Source: Sphingomonadales bacterium (GTDB lineage: Bacteria > Pseudomonadota > Alphaproteobacteria > Sphingomonadales > Sphingomonadaceae). From it: a stretch of 64,000 nucleotides of DNA. Positions 34,018 to 42,770 of this stretch are shown piece by piece. The stretch covers positions 676 through 64,675 of the forward strand of contig JBBRER010000003.1 in NCBI GenBank assembly GCA_038202745.1. Reading direction: 5' to 3'. Positions within the stretch are counted from its first letter, which is position 1. The number at the start of each line of letters is the position of its first letter. The translations under genes were made by a program, and so were the position numbers. The notes beneath the pieces were generated by a model. That model did not search any database, was not told where the DNA came from, and worked only from the letters and a program-made list of their open reading frames with translations.

Positions 34018-34386
34018 TCACCGCCGAGAAAGCGATGGGGATGACGAACAGGAAGGTTTGGCCAATCGCCGCAAAGCGACGAATGCAAGTGCGAACGCCC
34101 AAGTGACAATCCGCAGCCGCGCCAGCATCTCCTCGGGCAGCCGCCCGAGTTGCCAAGCGAGGATCGCCGAAAACAGAAAGAAAATCCCGACGGAATATCC
34201 CGTCGCGAGAAACAGGTCCCAAAACGTCCGCCCGGACCCCATTGCGTCGAACCGCACCCCGCGCATCGCGTTCACGACGCCATCGGCATGCCAAGCGGGA
34301 TCGACCTGACTGAAGCCGAACGTGTGCCCGGCCGCGAACAGCAGCAGCAACCCGGCCGCCGCCCGGTAAAATATGGACGGTTTCAT
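34018..34386 (-). CDS. small hydrophobic membrane protein of unknown family, 3' end probably frameshifted (alternative end at 33974)
   Basis: MKPSIFYRAAAGLLLLFAAGHTFGF... contains three TM-like segments. The in-frame tail (RRLAKPSCSSSPSLSRR) has low GC3. The adjacent frame encodes a fourth TM (AAIGQTFLFVIPIAFSAVIALCLIAAAWL) with high GC3. Confidence 0.55.
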   Translation of the reverse strand: MKPSIFYRAAAGLLLLFAAGHTFGFSQVDPAWHADGVVNAMRGVRFDAMGSGRTFWDLFLATGYSVGIFFLFSAILAWQLGRLPEEMLARLRIVTWAFALAFVALRRLAKPSCSSSPSLSRR

Positions 34387-34581
34387 TCCTTACTCCCCCG
34401 ACGCTTCGATTGTTCGGGTCATTATTATCGCTGTGTGAAGGCTCACGCGAGCTCCCCGCGCCTCCATCATTCAAATGGCTTGCGCGCCCGTTGCCAGCGC
34501 GTATCGTTTCGCCAGCAACGAATGGACCCGGGTCGCGGCGGGCTCCGTTCATCCTTGCATTGATTCTGGGGGGAATAATCA

Positions 34582-35937
34582 GTGGCTGTCACCGATCACG
34601 TCGATTTCAACGGCTTCATGGCCGGCGTCCAGCGCCGCAATCCGCATCAGCCCGAGTTCTGCCAGGCGGTCCAGGAAGTCGCCGAGGACATCTTCGACTT
34701 CATCGCCGACAAGGAGCAGTACCACGAAGCGCAAATCCTGCGCCGGATCGCGGAGCCCGACCGCGTCGTCAGCTTCCGCGTGTGCTGGGAGGACGACGCC
34801 GGCAACATCCGCGTCCAGCGCGGTTGGCGCGTACAGAACAACAACTCGATCGGGCCGTACAAGGGCGGCATCCGCTTCCACCCCGACGTCACCGAAAGCG
34901 TGCTCAAGTTCCTCGCCTTCGAGCAGACCTTCAAGAACGCGCTGACCGGGCTGCCGATGGGCGGGGGCAAAGGGGGATCGAACTTCAATCCCAAAGGCAA
35001 GAGCGTGCGCGAAATCATGCGCTTCTGCCAGTCGTTCATGACCGAGCTGTACCGCCACATCGGCGCCGACATCGACGTTCCTGCGGGCGACATCGGCGTC
35101 GGCGGGCGCGAGATCGGCTTCATGTTCGGCCAGTACAAGCGGATTACCGGCGAGTTCACCGGCGTGCTCACGGGCAAGGGCCTCGAATGGGGCGGCTCGC
35201 TGATCCGCACTGAGGCGACCGGCTATGGCGCGGTCTATTTCCTCGCCAGCATGCTCGCGACCAAAGGCCAGGACCTCAAAGGCAAGACCGCGGTGATCTC
35301 GGGCTCGGGCAACGTCGCCACGCATGCGGCGGAAAAGATCGTCCAGCTCGGCGGCAAAGTGCTGACGCTGTCCGATTCGGCCGGGTTCATCCACGATCCC
35401 GACGGTATCACCCAGGACAAGATCGACTGGGTCAAGGCGCACAAGACCCATCGCCGCGGGCGCATTTCCGACTACGCGGACGAATTCAAGGGCGCGACGT
35501 TCACCGGGGGCAAGACCCCGTGGGGAGTCAAGTGCGACGTCGCGCTGCCGTGCGCGACGCAGAATGAACTGCTGGGCCCGGACGCCAAGACGCTGATCGC
35601 GAACGGCTGCGGCGCGGTCTCGGAAGGCGCCAACATGCCGACCGATCTGGCCGGGGTCCACGCGTTCAAGGCGGCGAAGATCCTGTTCGCGCCGGGCAAG
35701 GCCGCGAATGCCGGCGGAGTCGCAGTGTCGGGGCTGGAAATGAGCCAGAATTCCGAGCGGCGGGCGTGGAAGGAAGCCGAGCTTCAGCAGATGCTCAAGG
35801 ACATCATGGCCGGCATCCATTCGCGCTGCCTTGAGTACGGAACGCAAAGTGGGGGCTATTGCGACTACGTCAAAGGCGCCAACATCGCGGGCTTCAAGAA
35901 AGTCGCCGACGCGATGCTCGCCTTCGGGGTGGTTTGA
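34582..35937 (+). CDS. gdhA: NADP-specific glutamate dehydrogenase
   Basis: GPYKGGIRFHP, LPMGGGKGGS and GSGNVA motifs. 451 aa. GTG start behind GGGGGGA. Confidence 0.9.
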   Translation: MAVTDHVDFNGFMAGVQRRNPHQPEFCQAVQEVAEDIFDFIADKEQYHEAQILRRIAEPDRVVSFRVCWEDDAGNIRVQRGWRVQNNNSIGPYKGGIRFHPDVTESVLKFLAFEQTFKNALTGLPMGGGKGGSNFNPKGKSVREIMRFCQSFMTELYRHIGADIDVPAGDIGVGGREIGFMFGQYKRITGEFTGVLTGKGLEWGGSLIRTEATGYGAVYFLASMLATKGQDLKGKTAVISGSGNVATHAAEKIVQLGGKVLTLSDSAGFIHDPDGITQDKIDWVKAHKTHRRGRISDYADEFKGATFTGGKTPWGVKCDVALPCATQNELLGPDAKTLIANGCGAVSEGANMPTDLAGVHAFKAAKILFAPGKAANAGGVAVSGLEMSQNSERRAWKEAELQQMLKDIMAGIHSRCLEYGTQSGGYCDYVKGANIAGFKKVADAMLAFGVV

Positions 35938-35942
35938 CCGCG

Positions 35943-36479
35943 ATGGCGCAGGACAATCCGGCGGGGGGTGAAGCGCGCCCCTTTTCGGTCCACGCGATCC
36001 ATCTCGTCCGCACTTCGCAGCAAATCAACCTGACGCTGAGCCAGATGGCCGACGCCAAGGCCAGCCTGCTGATGGGCGCGACGTTCGTGGTGTTCACGAT
36101 CGCGGTCAGCCAGGCGGCCAAAGGCCCCGAGCCGCTGTCGCTGCTCGTGCTTGCCTCGTCAGCGTTCCTCTCGGCGGTGTGCGCGGTCTCGGCGGTGATG
36201 CCCTCGATCCGCGGCAGACCGGTCCCCGGCGCGGGCAGCAACAAGCTGTTCTTCGGGGTGTTCACGCAAAGGTCCGAGAGCGAGTTCATCGACGGCGTTC
36301 TCGACGAGCTGCACGCCGACGAGACGGTGTTTCGCACGATGCTGCGCGACATCTATCAGAACGGCCAGGTGCTCCAGCGCAAGAAATACCGGTACCTGGG
36401 CTGGGCGTACCGGATTTTCCTCGCCGGGCTGGTGCTGACGGTGCTGACCTTCGTGTGGGAGCACCGCGCCGCGTTTTAG
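35943..36479 (+). CDS. DUF5706 / Pycsar-effector-like two-TM membrane protein (orphan)
   Basis: ATG 35943 is 5 nt after the gdhA stop. The N-terminal helix carries the ADAKAS motif. Two TMs follow (LLMGATFVVFTIAV, LSLLVLASSAFLSAVCAVSAV), then a soluble segment FFGVFTQRSESEFIDG...IYQNGQVLQRKKYRYL and a final TM. The family assignment is from memory of the PycTM/DUF5706 pattern. Confidence 0.45.
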   Translation: MAQDNPAGGEARPFSVHAIHLVRTSQQINLTLSQMADAKASLLMGATFVVFTIAVSQAAKGPEPLSLLVLASSAFLSAVCAVSAVMPSIRGRPVPGAGSNKLFFGVFTQRSESEFIDGVLDELHADETVFRTMLRDIYQNGQVLQRKKYRYLGWAYRIFLAGLVLTVLTFVWEHRAAF

Positions 36480-38485
36480 CGCGCCGGGCCGAGCTTCACG
36501 CCGATCCATAGCGTGCGCGGCGCGCCGAGATCGATCGAGCCCGCCTGGTTGCGCGTGACGACCGCTTCGCCCGTCAGGTTCTCGCCGCGCAGCACCAGCG
36601 CCAGACCGCGCCGCAGCGGCACCTCGGCATAAGCATCGAGCGTGGTCGCGGCGGGCAGCACATCGGTTTCAAGATCGTCCTCGAACTGGCGCCCGACATG
36701 GCGAAGCGTCGCGGCGAGATCGCAGCCGTCGCAGGCGCGCCAGCTCAGCGTCGCGCTCGCCGCGAGGCGCGGGGTCTGCGCCGGGCGCTTGCCGTCGAGC
36801 GCAGCGGAAGCGCCGCTCGCCTCGACCCGCGCGTCGGTCCACGCCAGCGAGCCATCGAGCCCGAACGCGCGCCACCGGCCGCTCGCGGTCAGCTCGACGC
36901 CGCGCGCATGGATCGCATCGACATTGCGCCGCGCGCGCAAGTTGGGCGCGATCGTGACGTTGGCGATCGCATTGCGCACGCGGTTGTCGAACGCGGTTGC
37001 GGACAGCGTCAGTCCGGGCGCGGGGGTAAAATCGACGCCCGCATCGAACCCGCGCAGCCGCTCGTTGGCGAGCGCGGCGTTGGCGCGGGTCGTGACGGGG
37101 AACACCACGAACGGGCGGTACAGCTCGTTGAGCGTCGGCAGCCGCAGCCCGGTGTAGGCCGCCGCGCGCAAGGCAACGCCCGCTACCGGCTTGAACACCG
37201 CCCCGCCGCGCACGCTGGTGTCCCACCCGGCGCGGTCCGCGAACCGCGTGGCGGCGGTGACCACGCCGTTCGCAGCGATCTCGCGAAAATATCCCTTGGC
37301 GATCGACCAGCGGTCGGCGCGCGCGCCGCCGGTCAGGACCAGCCGACCGAGCGTGATGTCGTTCTGGACGAACAGCCCGAGATCGTCGTTACGCCCGCCC
37401 GCGATGCGCCGCGCAGTGACGAGGCCGGTGACCGCGCTGTAGGCGTCTTCCTGCAGGCCACCGTCCGAGCGACGCCAGTCGATACCGAGGCGCAGCGCCT
37501 GGTTTGCAGCCAGCGGCGGGCGCAGCTCGAGCTTGCCGCCGATGCCGGTCGATGGCGTACGGCGCTGGTCGAGCGTCTTCTTGAGGCTCGTCGCGCTGAT
37601 CACGACGTTCGAGAAATCGCGGACCTGAACGTAGCCGAGCGCGTCGAACTGCCAGCGCCCACGCCCGATCGCGCGCAGGCTGACATCGCCGCCGCGGCTG
37701 GCGCTGTCGGCACGAGCGAAGCGCAGTGTGCGCTCGTCTTCGAACGCGAGCCCGCGCGCCTGAAGCTCGATCTTGTCAGTAAGCGGCGCGGCCATCCGCA
37801 ACCCCGCCGACCAGCTGTCGTAACGCGCGCGCACACTTGCGGGGACGCGTTGCACCACCGGCGTCGTCCAGAACCCCCGCCCCCGGTCCCACCGCCCGCT
37901 GAGTACCGCGAACCCCGCGCCGAGCGTGGGCGCGAGCGAGGCCGACAGCTCGGTCTCGCCGCGATCGTCGATCAGCGCTTCGCCGCCCACGAGGCCGAGC
38001 TGCGCCGCGCTCGCGCTTTCGAGCTCGATCGCGCCCGCGACCGCGCCCGCGCCAAATGCGCTCGCCCCGCCGCCGCGGGTCACCCGCACCCGCGCGAGCT
38101 GCGCGGGATCGATTGCGGACAAAGGGATATAGCCGAAGAACGGATCGGCCAGCGGCACCCCGTCAAGCAGCACGAGCGCGCGGCTGGTGGCGTTGCCACC
38201 CAATGCGCGCAGCGTCACACCTTGCGCCGAAGGGTTCGAGCCGCGGCTGTCGTTGCGGCGGAACTGCTGAAAGCCGGCGACTCCGGCGAGAACGTCCTCA
38301 AGCCGTCCCGACGCCGCGCGCGCCAAGGCATCCCGGTCGAGCGTCACGACGTCGTAAGCGGGCTCAGCCGGGGTCTGCGCGAGGCCGCGGCCGGTCACGA
38401 CGATCTGCGCGGCGGGCTCTTCGGCGAGCGCGGGCGCGGCCCAAAGCGCGGCCGCGCAGCCAGCAAGAATCGCGCGGCTCCGCAT
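36476..38485 (-). CDS. TonB-dependent outer-membrane receptor
   Basis: Signal peptide MRSRAILAGCAAALWAAPALA, a plug domain (IVVTGRG...VTLRALGGNATSRALVLLDGVPL) and about 22 amphipathic strands. ATG at 38485. The substrate cannot be determined. Confidence 0.85.
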   Translation of the reverse strand: MRSRAILAGCAAALWAAPALAEEPAAQIVVTGRGLAQTPAEPAYDVVTLDRDALARAASGRLEDVLAGVAGFQQFRRNDSRGSNPSAQGVTLRALGGNATSRALVLLDGVPLADPFFGYIPLSAIDPAQLARVRVTRGGGASAFGAGAVAGAIELESASAAQLGLVGGEALIDDRGETELSASLAPTLGAGFAVLSGRWDRGRGFWTTPVVQRVPASVRARYDSWSAGLRMAAPLTDKIELQARGLAFEDERTLRFARADSASRGGDVSLRAIGRGRWQFDALGYVQVRDFSNVVISATSLKKTLDQRRTPSTGIGGKLELRPPLAANQALRLGIDWRRSDGGLQEDAYSAVTGLVTARRIAGGRNDDLGLFVQNDITLGRLVLTGGARADRWSIAKGYFREIAANGVVTAATRFADRAGWDTSVRGGAVFKPVAGVALRAAAYTGLRLPTLNELYRPFVVFPVTTRANAALANERLRGFDAGVDFTPAPGLTLSATAFDNRVRNAIANVTIAPNLRARRNVDAIHARGVELTASGRWRAFGLDGSLAWTDARVEASGASAALDGKRPAQTPRLAASATLSWRACDGCDLAATLRHVGRQFEDDLETDVLPAATTLDAYAEVPLRRGLALVLRGENLTGEAVVTRNQAGSIDLGAPRTLWIGVKLGPAR

Positions 38486-38487
38486 GT

Positions 38488-39396
38488 TCAGCGGACCCCG
38501 AGCACCGAGGCTTCTTGACGGAGGCGATCGGCCCGCGCGGGGTTGGCGGCAAGCGCGGCGGCGAGCGCGGCGGAGGCTTTGTCGCTCTGGCCGAGCACTT
38601 GACGGCTGCGCATCAGCATCACCCAGCCGTCGATGTCGCCGGGCTTGGCGCGCAGCTTGGCCTCGAGCTGCGCGACCATGCCTTCGGCCATCCCCCGCTG
38701 CTGGCTGGGCGGAATCGCGGTCGCCCGCGCGAGGTCTTCCGGGCCGGGACCGGGAATCGCGCGCGCGGCAGTGGCCTGGCGGCCCGGAAGCTTGTCGATC
38801 GCGGCAAGGCGCTGGGCGACATCGATCTTGTTGATCTTGCCGACCTGCTCGACCGTCCGGCGCAAGTCGCTTTCCCACGGCGCGCCGGGCGGGGTGTCGC
38901 CGAGCAGCGCCAGCCAATCGTCGATCGCGCCACGGTGGTCGCCACCAAGATCGCGCTTGACCGCGAGGAAGTAGCGCGCGCGCGGGTCCTTGGGGTCGAG
39001 CGCGATCGCATGCGCGAAAGCATCGGCGGCGGGCGCGGGCATCGGATCGCGCGCGCTTCCCATCACCCGCGCCTCGCCCAGCGCCGACCACGCCTGCGCG
39101 CTTTGCGGCTGCGCCAGCGCGGCCTGCTCGAACGCGCGCGCGGCTTCGCCGTAGCGGTTTTCACCGAACTGGCGCTGGCCGAGCGCGAGCCACGCCGCGC
39201 CGTCGTGCGGATCGGCGGCGACGCGCGCTTCGAGCGCCGCGAGACCGTCGCCGGCGGGGTCGGAGGCGGCAGAAGTGGGCGCCAAAGCCGGGCGATGCGC
39301 GATCTTGTACCCGACCGTCGCCATGGCGATCGCCGCCGCCCCGAACAGCGCCAAAGTTGCGGGCCGCCAGGCGCGCGTCGTCTCTTGTAAGGCCAT
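38488..39396 (-). CDS. ccmI: TPR protein resembling c-type cytochrome biogenesis factor CcmI/CycH
   Basis: One N-terminal TM and TPR repeats (AWLALGQRQFGENRYGEAARAFEQA). The C-terminal segment PSQQRGMAEGMVAQLEAKLRAKPGDIDGWVMLMRSRQVLGQSDKA resembles the CcmI C-terminus as I recall it. Start options are ATG 39396, 39411 and 39417. Confidence 0.6.
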   Translation of the reverse strand: MALQETTRAWRPATLALFGAAAIAMATVGYKIAHRPALAPTSAASDPAGDGLAALEARVAADPHDGAAWLALGQRQFGENRYGEAARAFEQAALAQPQSAQAWSALGEARVMGSARDPMPAPAADAFAHAIALDPKDPRARYFLAVKRDLGGDHRGAIDDWLALLGDTPPGAPWESDLRRTVEQVGKINKIDVAQRLAAIDKLPGRQATAARAIPGPGPEDLARATAIPPSQQRGMAEGMVAQLEAKLRAKPGDIDGWVMLMRSRQVLGQSDKASAALAAALAANPARADRLRQEASVLGVR

Positions 39397-39449
39397 GCAA
39401 TTCCGGTCCATAGTCATGCCCGGACGGGGCGGCAAGGAGGGGGATCAGG

Positions 39450-41900
39450 GTGGCGAATCGCGTCCGCGTTGCCATCGTCGGATCGGGGCCGGCCGGGCTC
39501 AGCGCCGCCGCGCATGCCGCGGCGCTGGGAATAAGCCACGTCCTCCTTGAAAAGACCGACCACCTCTCCGACACGATCTACAAGTACCAGAAGGGCAAGC
39601 ACGTGATGGCGACGCCATCGATGCTCGTGCTGCGAGCGGGCGGAAAGCTCGATTTCGAAGCGGGCAAGCGCGAGGTCGTGCTCGGCACTTGGGACGAGCA
39701 GACCGCGGCGCGGCAAGTCAACGTGCGCTACCACTCTGAAGTCCTGAGCATCGAGGGCGAGCAAGGCGCGTTCGCGCTCAAGCTCGGCGACGGGACCGCG
39801 GTGGAGGCCGAAACCGTGGTGCTGGCGATCGGCACGCAAGGCAATCCCAACCTCGTGCGGTGCCCGGTGGGCGAAGGCGCGGTTGTGCAATACCAGCTCG
39901 ACGACCCGGCCGAATACACCGACGAGCACATTTTCGTGATCGGCGGCGGCGACGCGGGGATTGAGAACGCGCTGGGGCTCGCGGCGGACGCGGCGCAGGG
40001 CAACGTCGTCAGCCTCGTCAACCGCTCGGCCGATTTCGCGACCGCCAAGGACGCCAACATCAAGGCCTTGATGGCCGCGCGCGACGCCGGACGGATGACG
40101 ATCCATGTCGAGACCACCTCGTCGCGGATCGACAAGGGCGAAATTGCGCTCGACACCCGCGACGGCGAAACCAAAGTGCGCTGCGACCGGGTGATCGCGC
40201 GAATGGGCTCGGCCCCGCCGCGCAAGTTCGTCGAAGCCGCCGGGGTCGCCTTCGCGAGCGAGGACCGGCTCGCCTTCCCGACGCTCGGCCCGACGTTCGA
40301 ATCGACCAAGCCCGGCATCTACGTGATCGGCGCGCTCGCCGGCTATCCGCTGATCAAGCATTGCATGAACCAGGGTCACGACGCGATCGAGTTCATCAAT
40401 GGAAATACGGCGCTCAAGCCCGCCGACGAGCCGATCCTCGAAGCCAAGTTCGCGCAGCTTCCGGGCAAGCGTTCGGTCGATGAGTGGCTCGAACTGCTGC
40501 GCAGCCAGGTCAGCATCCTCGAAGGGATGAGCCCGCTGCAGATGCGCGAATTCATGCTCGACAGCGAGGCGCGGTTCTATCGCCGCGGCGAAACGATTTT
40601 CCGCAAGAACGACCCTGGCTCTTCGCTGTTCGCCATCGCCAGCGGGAGCGTGCTGGTCCAGATCGATCCAAGCGACGCTTCGATCACCGTCGGAATCGAA
40701 ACCGGATCGATCTTCGGCGAAGTCGGGCTGATCTCGGGCCGGCGGCGCGGGGCGACGATCGTCGCCGCCGAGGACGCGATCTGCGTCGAAGTATCGCGCA
40801 CCGCCGCGCTGCGCCTGCAGTCGCAAGTTCCCGCGGCCAGGCGGGCGATCGACCGGATCGCGATCGAGCGCCAGCTGCTCCAGCTGTTCGGATCGGGGCT
40901 GACCAAGGACGATGTCGCCGAAGTCGTCGAGGCTGCGACGATCGAGTTCAAACGCGCGGGCGAAGTCGTCGTGGCCGAAGGCGACACCGGCGACGACATC
41001 TTCATCATCCGCCGCGGCTCGATGATCGTCGAAAAGCAGATCGGCGGCAAGCCGGTGTTCCTCTCGTACGTTCCGGCGAGCTCGTACTTCGGCGAAATGG
41101 CGCTGATCGACGGCACGGCGCGCACCGCGACGGTCAAGGCGACGATCAAGTCCGAAGTAATCCGCCTGCCGGGGGAGGCGTTCGCCCGCCTGCTGGCGCG
41201 CAAGCCGGCGCTGCTGCGCAAGGCGCAGACCGACATGGCCGCGCGGCGCGACATCAACGCATTCATCGAAGGCCGCAAGGAGAACTTCTCCGGCGCGGTC
41301 GACATGTATTCGGCGACCGCGCAGTTCCTGATCGACAACGGCATCGGCGACGCCACCGACGTGCTGCTGATCGACGAGACGCTGTGCGTCGGGTGCGACA
41401 ACTGCGAAAAGGCCTGCGCCGACAGCCACGAAGGGCTCAGCCGGCTCAACCGCGAAGCCGGGCGCAGCTATGCCCACCTCCACGTCCCCACGAGTTGTCG
41501 CCACTGCGAGCACCCGCACTGCATGGCCGATTGCCCGCCCAACGCGATCAAGCGCGGCCCCGACGGCGAAGTGTTCATCGACGAAACTTGCATCGGCTGC
41601 GGCAACTGCCAGCGCAATTGCCCGTACGGGGTGATCCGGATGGACAGCGTCCCGCCCAAAAAACCCCCGTTGCTCGCGTGGCTGGCGTTCGGCGCGGGAC
41701 CGGGACCGGGTGAGCCTTCGAAGAAATGGCGCAAGAAGCACTCGGATGGCACCGAGCAGGCCAAAAAGGCGATCAAGTGCGACATGTGCGCAGGGATCGA
41801 GGGCGGCCCGGCGTGCGTCCGCGCCTGTCCCACCGGCGCCGCGATCCGCGTCGCGCCCGAGGCGTTCCTGTCGGTCGCGCGGCTGGGTGAGGAAGCCTGA
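39450..41900 (+). CDS. multidomain cytoplasmic oxidoreductase: FAD/NAD(P)-binding domain + two cyclic-nucleotide-binding domains + four-cluster [4Fe-4S] ferredoxin domain
   Basis: AAGGAGGGGGA before GTG 39450. Dinucleotide motifs VAIVGSGPAGLSAA and FVIGGGDAGIE. Two CNB phosphate-binding cassettes, FGEVGLISGRRRGATIVA and FGEMALIDGTARTATVKA. Cys clusters CVGCDNCEKAC, CRHCEHPHCMADCP, CIGCGNCQRNCP and CDMC...CVRACP (DmsB/NrfC-like). No signal peptide. Confidence 0.8.
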   Translation: MANRVRVAIVGSGPAGLSAAAHAAALGISHVLLEKTDHLSDTIYKYQKGKHVMATPSMLVLRAGGKLDFEAGKREVVLGTWDEQTAARQVNVRYHSEVLSIEGEQGAFALKLGDGTAVEAETVVLAIGTQGNPNLVRCPVGEGAVVQYQLDDPAEYTDEHIFVIGGGDAGIENALGLAADAAQGNVVSLVNRSADFATAKDANIKALMAARDAGRMTIHVETTSSRIDKGEIALDTRDGETKVRCDRVIARMGSAPPRKFVEAAGVAFASEDRLAFPTLGPTFESTKPGIYVIGALAGYPLIKHCMNQGHDAIEFINGNTALKPADEPILEAKFAQLPGKRSVDEWLELLRSQVSILEGMSPLQMREFMLDSEARFYRRGETIFRKNDPGSSLFAIASGSVLVQIDPSDASITVGIETGSIFGEVGLISGRRRGATIVAAEDAICVEVSRTAALRLQSQVPAARRAIDRIAIERQLLQLFGSGLTKDDVAEVVEAATIEFKRAGEVVVAEGDTGDDIFIIRRGSMIVEKQIGGKPVFLSYVPASSYFGEMALIDGTARTATVKATIKSEVIRLPGEAFARLLARKPALLRKAQTDMAARRDINAFIEGRKENFSGAVDMYSATAQFLIDNGIGDATDVLLIDETLCVGCDNCEKACADSHEGLSRLNREAGRSYAHLHVPTSCRHCEHPHCMADCPPNAIKRGPDGEVFIDETCIGCGNCQRNCPYGVIRMDSVPPKKPPLLAWLAFGAGPGPGEPSKKWRKKHSDGTEQAKKAIKCDMCAGIEGGPACVRACPTGAAIRVAPEAFLSVARLGEEA

Positions 41901-42763
41901 TGGCGAGCGCTCCGCGCAGTGCGACGCAAGCCGAGCGCCGCGTCACCACCGATCACGAGGGATTCCTGCGCCACGGCGGTTTTGTCTGGCTCAAGGTCGC
42001 TGCGCTGCTCAGCCTCGCCGCGCTGATCGGTTACATCGCCAGCGACGTGAAGCCGCGCCCCAGCGGGCACAGTTGGTACGGCTACACGCTGGGCACGATC
42101 GGCGCCGGACTGATCGTGTGGCTGAGCCTGCTCGGGGTGCGCAAGCGCGCGATGACCCGCGGCGGTTGGTCGCTGAAGTCGTGGACCTCGGCGCACGTCT
42201 ATCTGGGGCTCTCGCTGATCGTCGTGGCCACGCTCCACACGGGCTTCCAGTTCGGGTGGAACGTCCACACCCTCGCTTACGCGCTGATGCTGCTGGTGAT
42301 CGCCTCGGGCACATTCGGGATCGTCGCTTATGCCCTGCTCCCCGCCGCGCTCAGCCGCAACCGCGGCGAGATGACCCAGGCGCAGATGATCGACGGGATC
42401 GCCGCGATCGACCGTCAGCTTCACGATGCCGCGCAGCCGCTGGAGCGCGCCTATGCCGACGCGGTGATCGACGCACTGGGGCAGGACTATTTCGCCGGCG
42501 GGCTGATCGCGCGGTTGACGGGCAGGCAGCGCAATGACGCCACCGCGCGCGCGGTGGCGCTGTTCGATGCGGCGCCGGTCGAACCCGCGATCGCCAAAGT
42601 CGAAGCGCTGCTGCGGCGGCGCAAGGCGCAGCTCGACCGGATGCGCCGGCACTTGCGCCTCAAGGCGATGCTCGAAGTGTGGCTTTATGTGCACGTGCCC
42701 GCGACGATCGCGCTGATCGCGGCGCTGGTCGCGCACATCGTCGCCGTGTTCTTCTACTGGTAG
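41900..42763 (+). CDS. five-TM membrane protein with conserved intramembrane histidines (possible b-haem binding)
   Basis: The ATG overlaps the upstream TGA by 1 nt. TMs include SAHVYLGLSLIVVATLHTGF, VHTLAYALMLLVIASG and LYVHVPATIALIAALVAHIV. I recognise no family. Confidence 0.6.
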   Translation: MASAPRSATQAERRVTTDHEGFLRHGGFVWLKVAALLSLAALIGYIASDVKPRPSGHSWYGYTLGTIGAGLIVWLSLLGVRKRAMTRGGWSLKSWTSAHVYLGLSLIVVATLHTGFQFGWNVHTLAYALMLLVIASGTFGIVAYALLPAALSRNRGEMTQAQMIDGIAAIDRQLHDAAQPLERAYADAVIDALGQDYFAGGLIARLTGRQRNDATARAVALFDAAPVEPAIAKVEALLRRRKAQLDRMRRHLRLKAMLEVWLYVHVPATIALIAALVAHIVAVFFYW

Positions 42764-42770
42764 GCGCGGC

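Noticed and set aside
34579-35847. 422-aa minus-strand ORF and other ORFs overlapping gdhA
   Set aside because: It is antisense to a near-canonical NADP-glutamate dehydrogenase and has no domain signature.
35943-36479. Complete Pycsar defence system
   Set aside because: Only the effector-like gene is present. The flanking genes are gdhA and a TonB receptor. The class III cyclase 27 kb away belongs to a different operon and shows no evidence of being a PycC-type pyrimidine cyclase.
36698-38518. 606-aa plus-strand ORF
   Set aside because: It is antisense to the TonB-dependent receptor, and its translation is low-complexity and Arg-rich.
38486-39091. N-terminal extension of the TonB-dependent receptor ORF (36476..39091) and similar extensions of ORFs 9734..11146, 14289..16052, 18490..19812, 3248..4933 and 30604..31863
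   Set aside because: The extensions overlap well-supported upstream genes and are Arg/Pro-rich. The recognisable protein, with its signal peptide or conserved N-terminus, starts at an internal ATG or GTG.
39414-41741. 775-aa minus-strand ORF
   Set aside because: It is antisense to the FAD/cNMP/FeS oxidoreductase gene. It has an Arg/Asp-rich low-complexity translation and no motifs. The sense gene has a strong Shine-Dalgarno sequence and multiple cofactor motifs.
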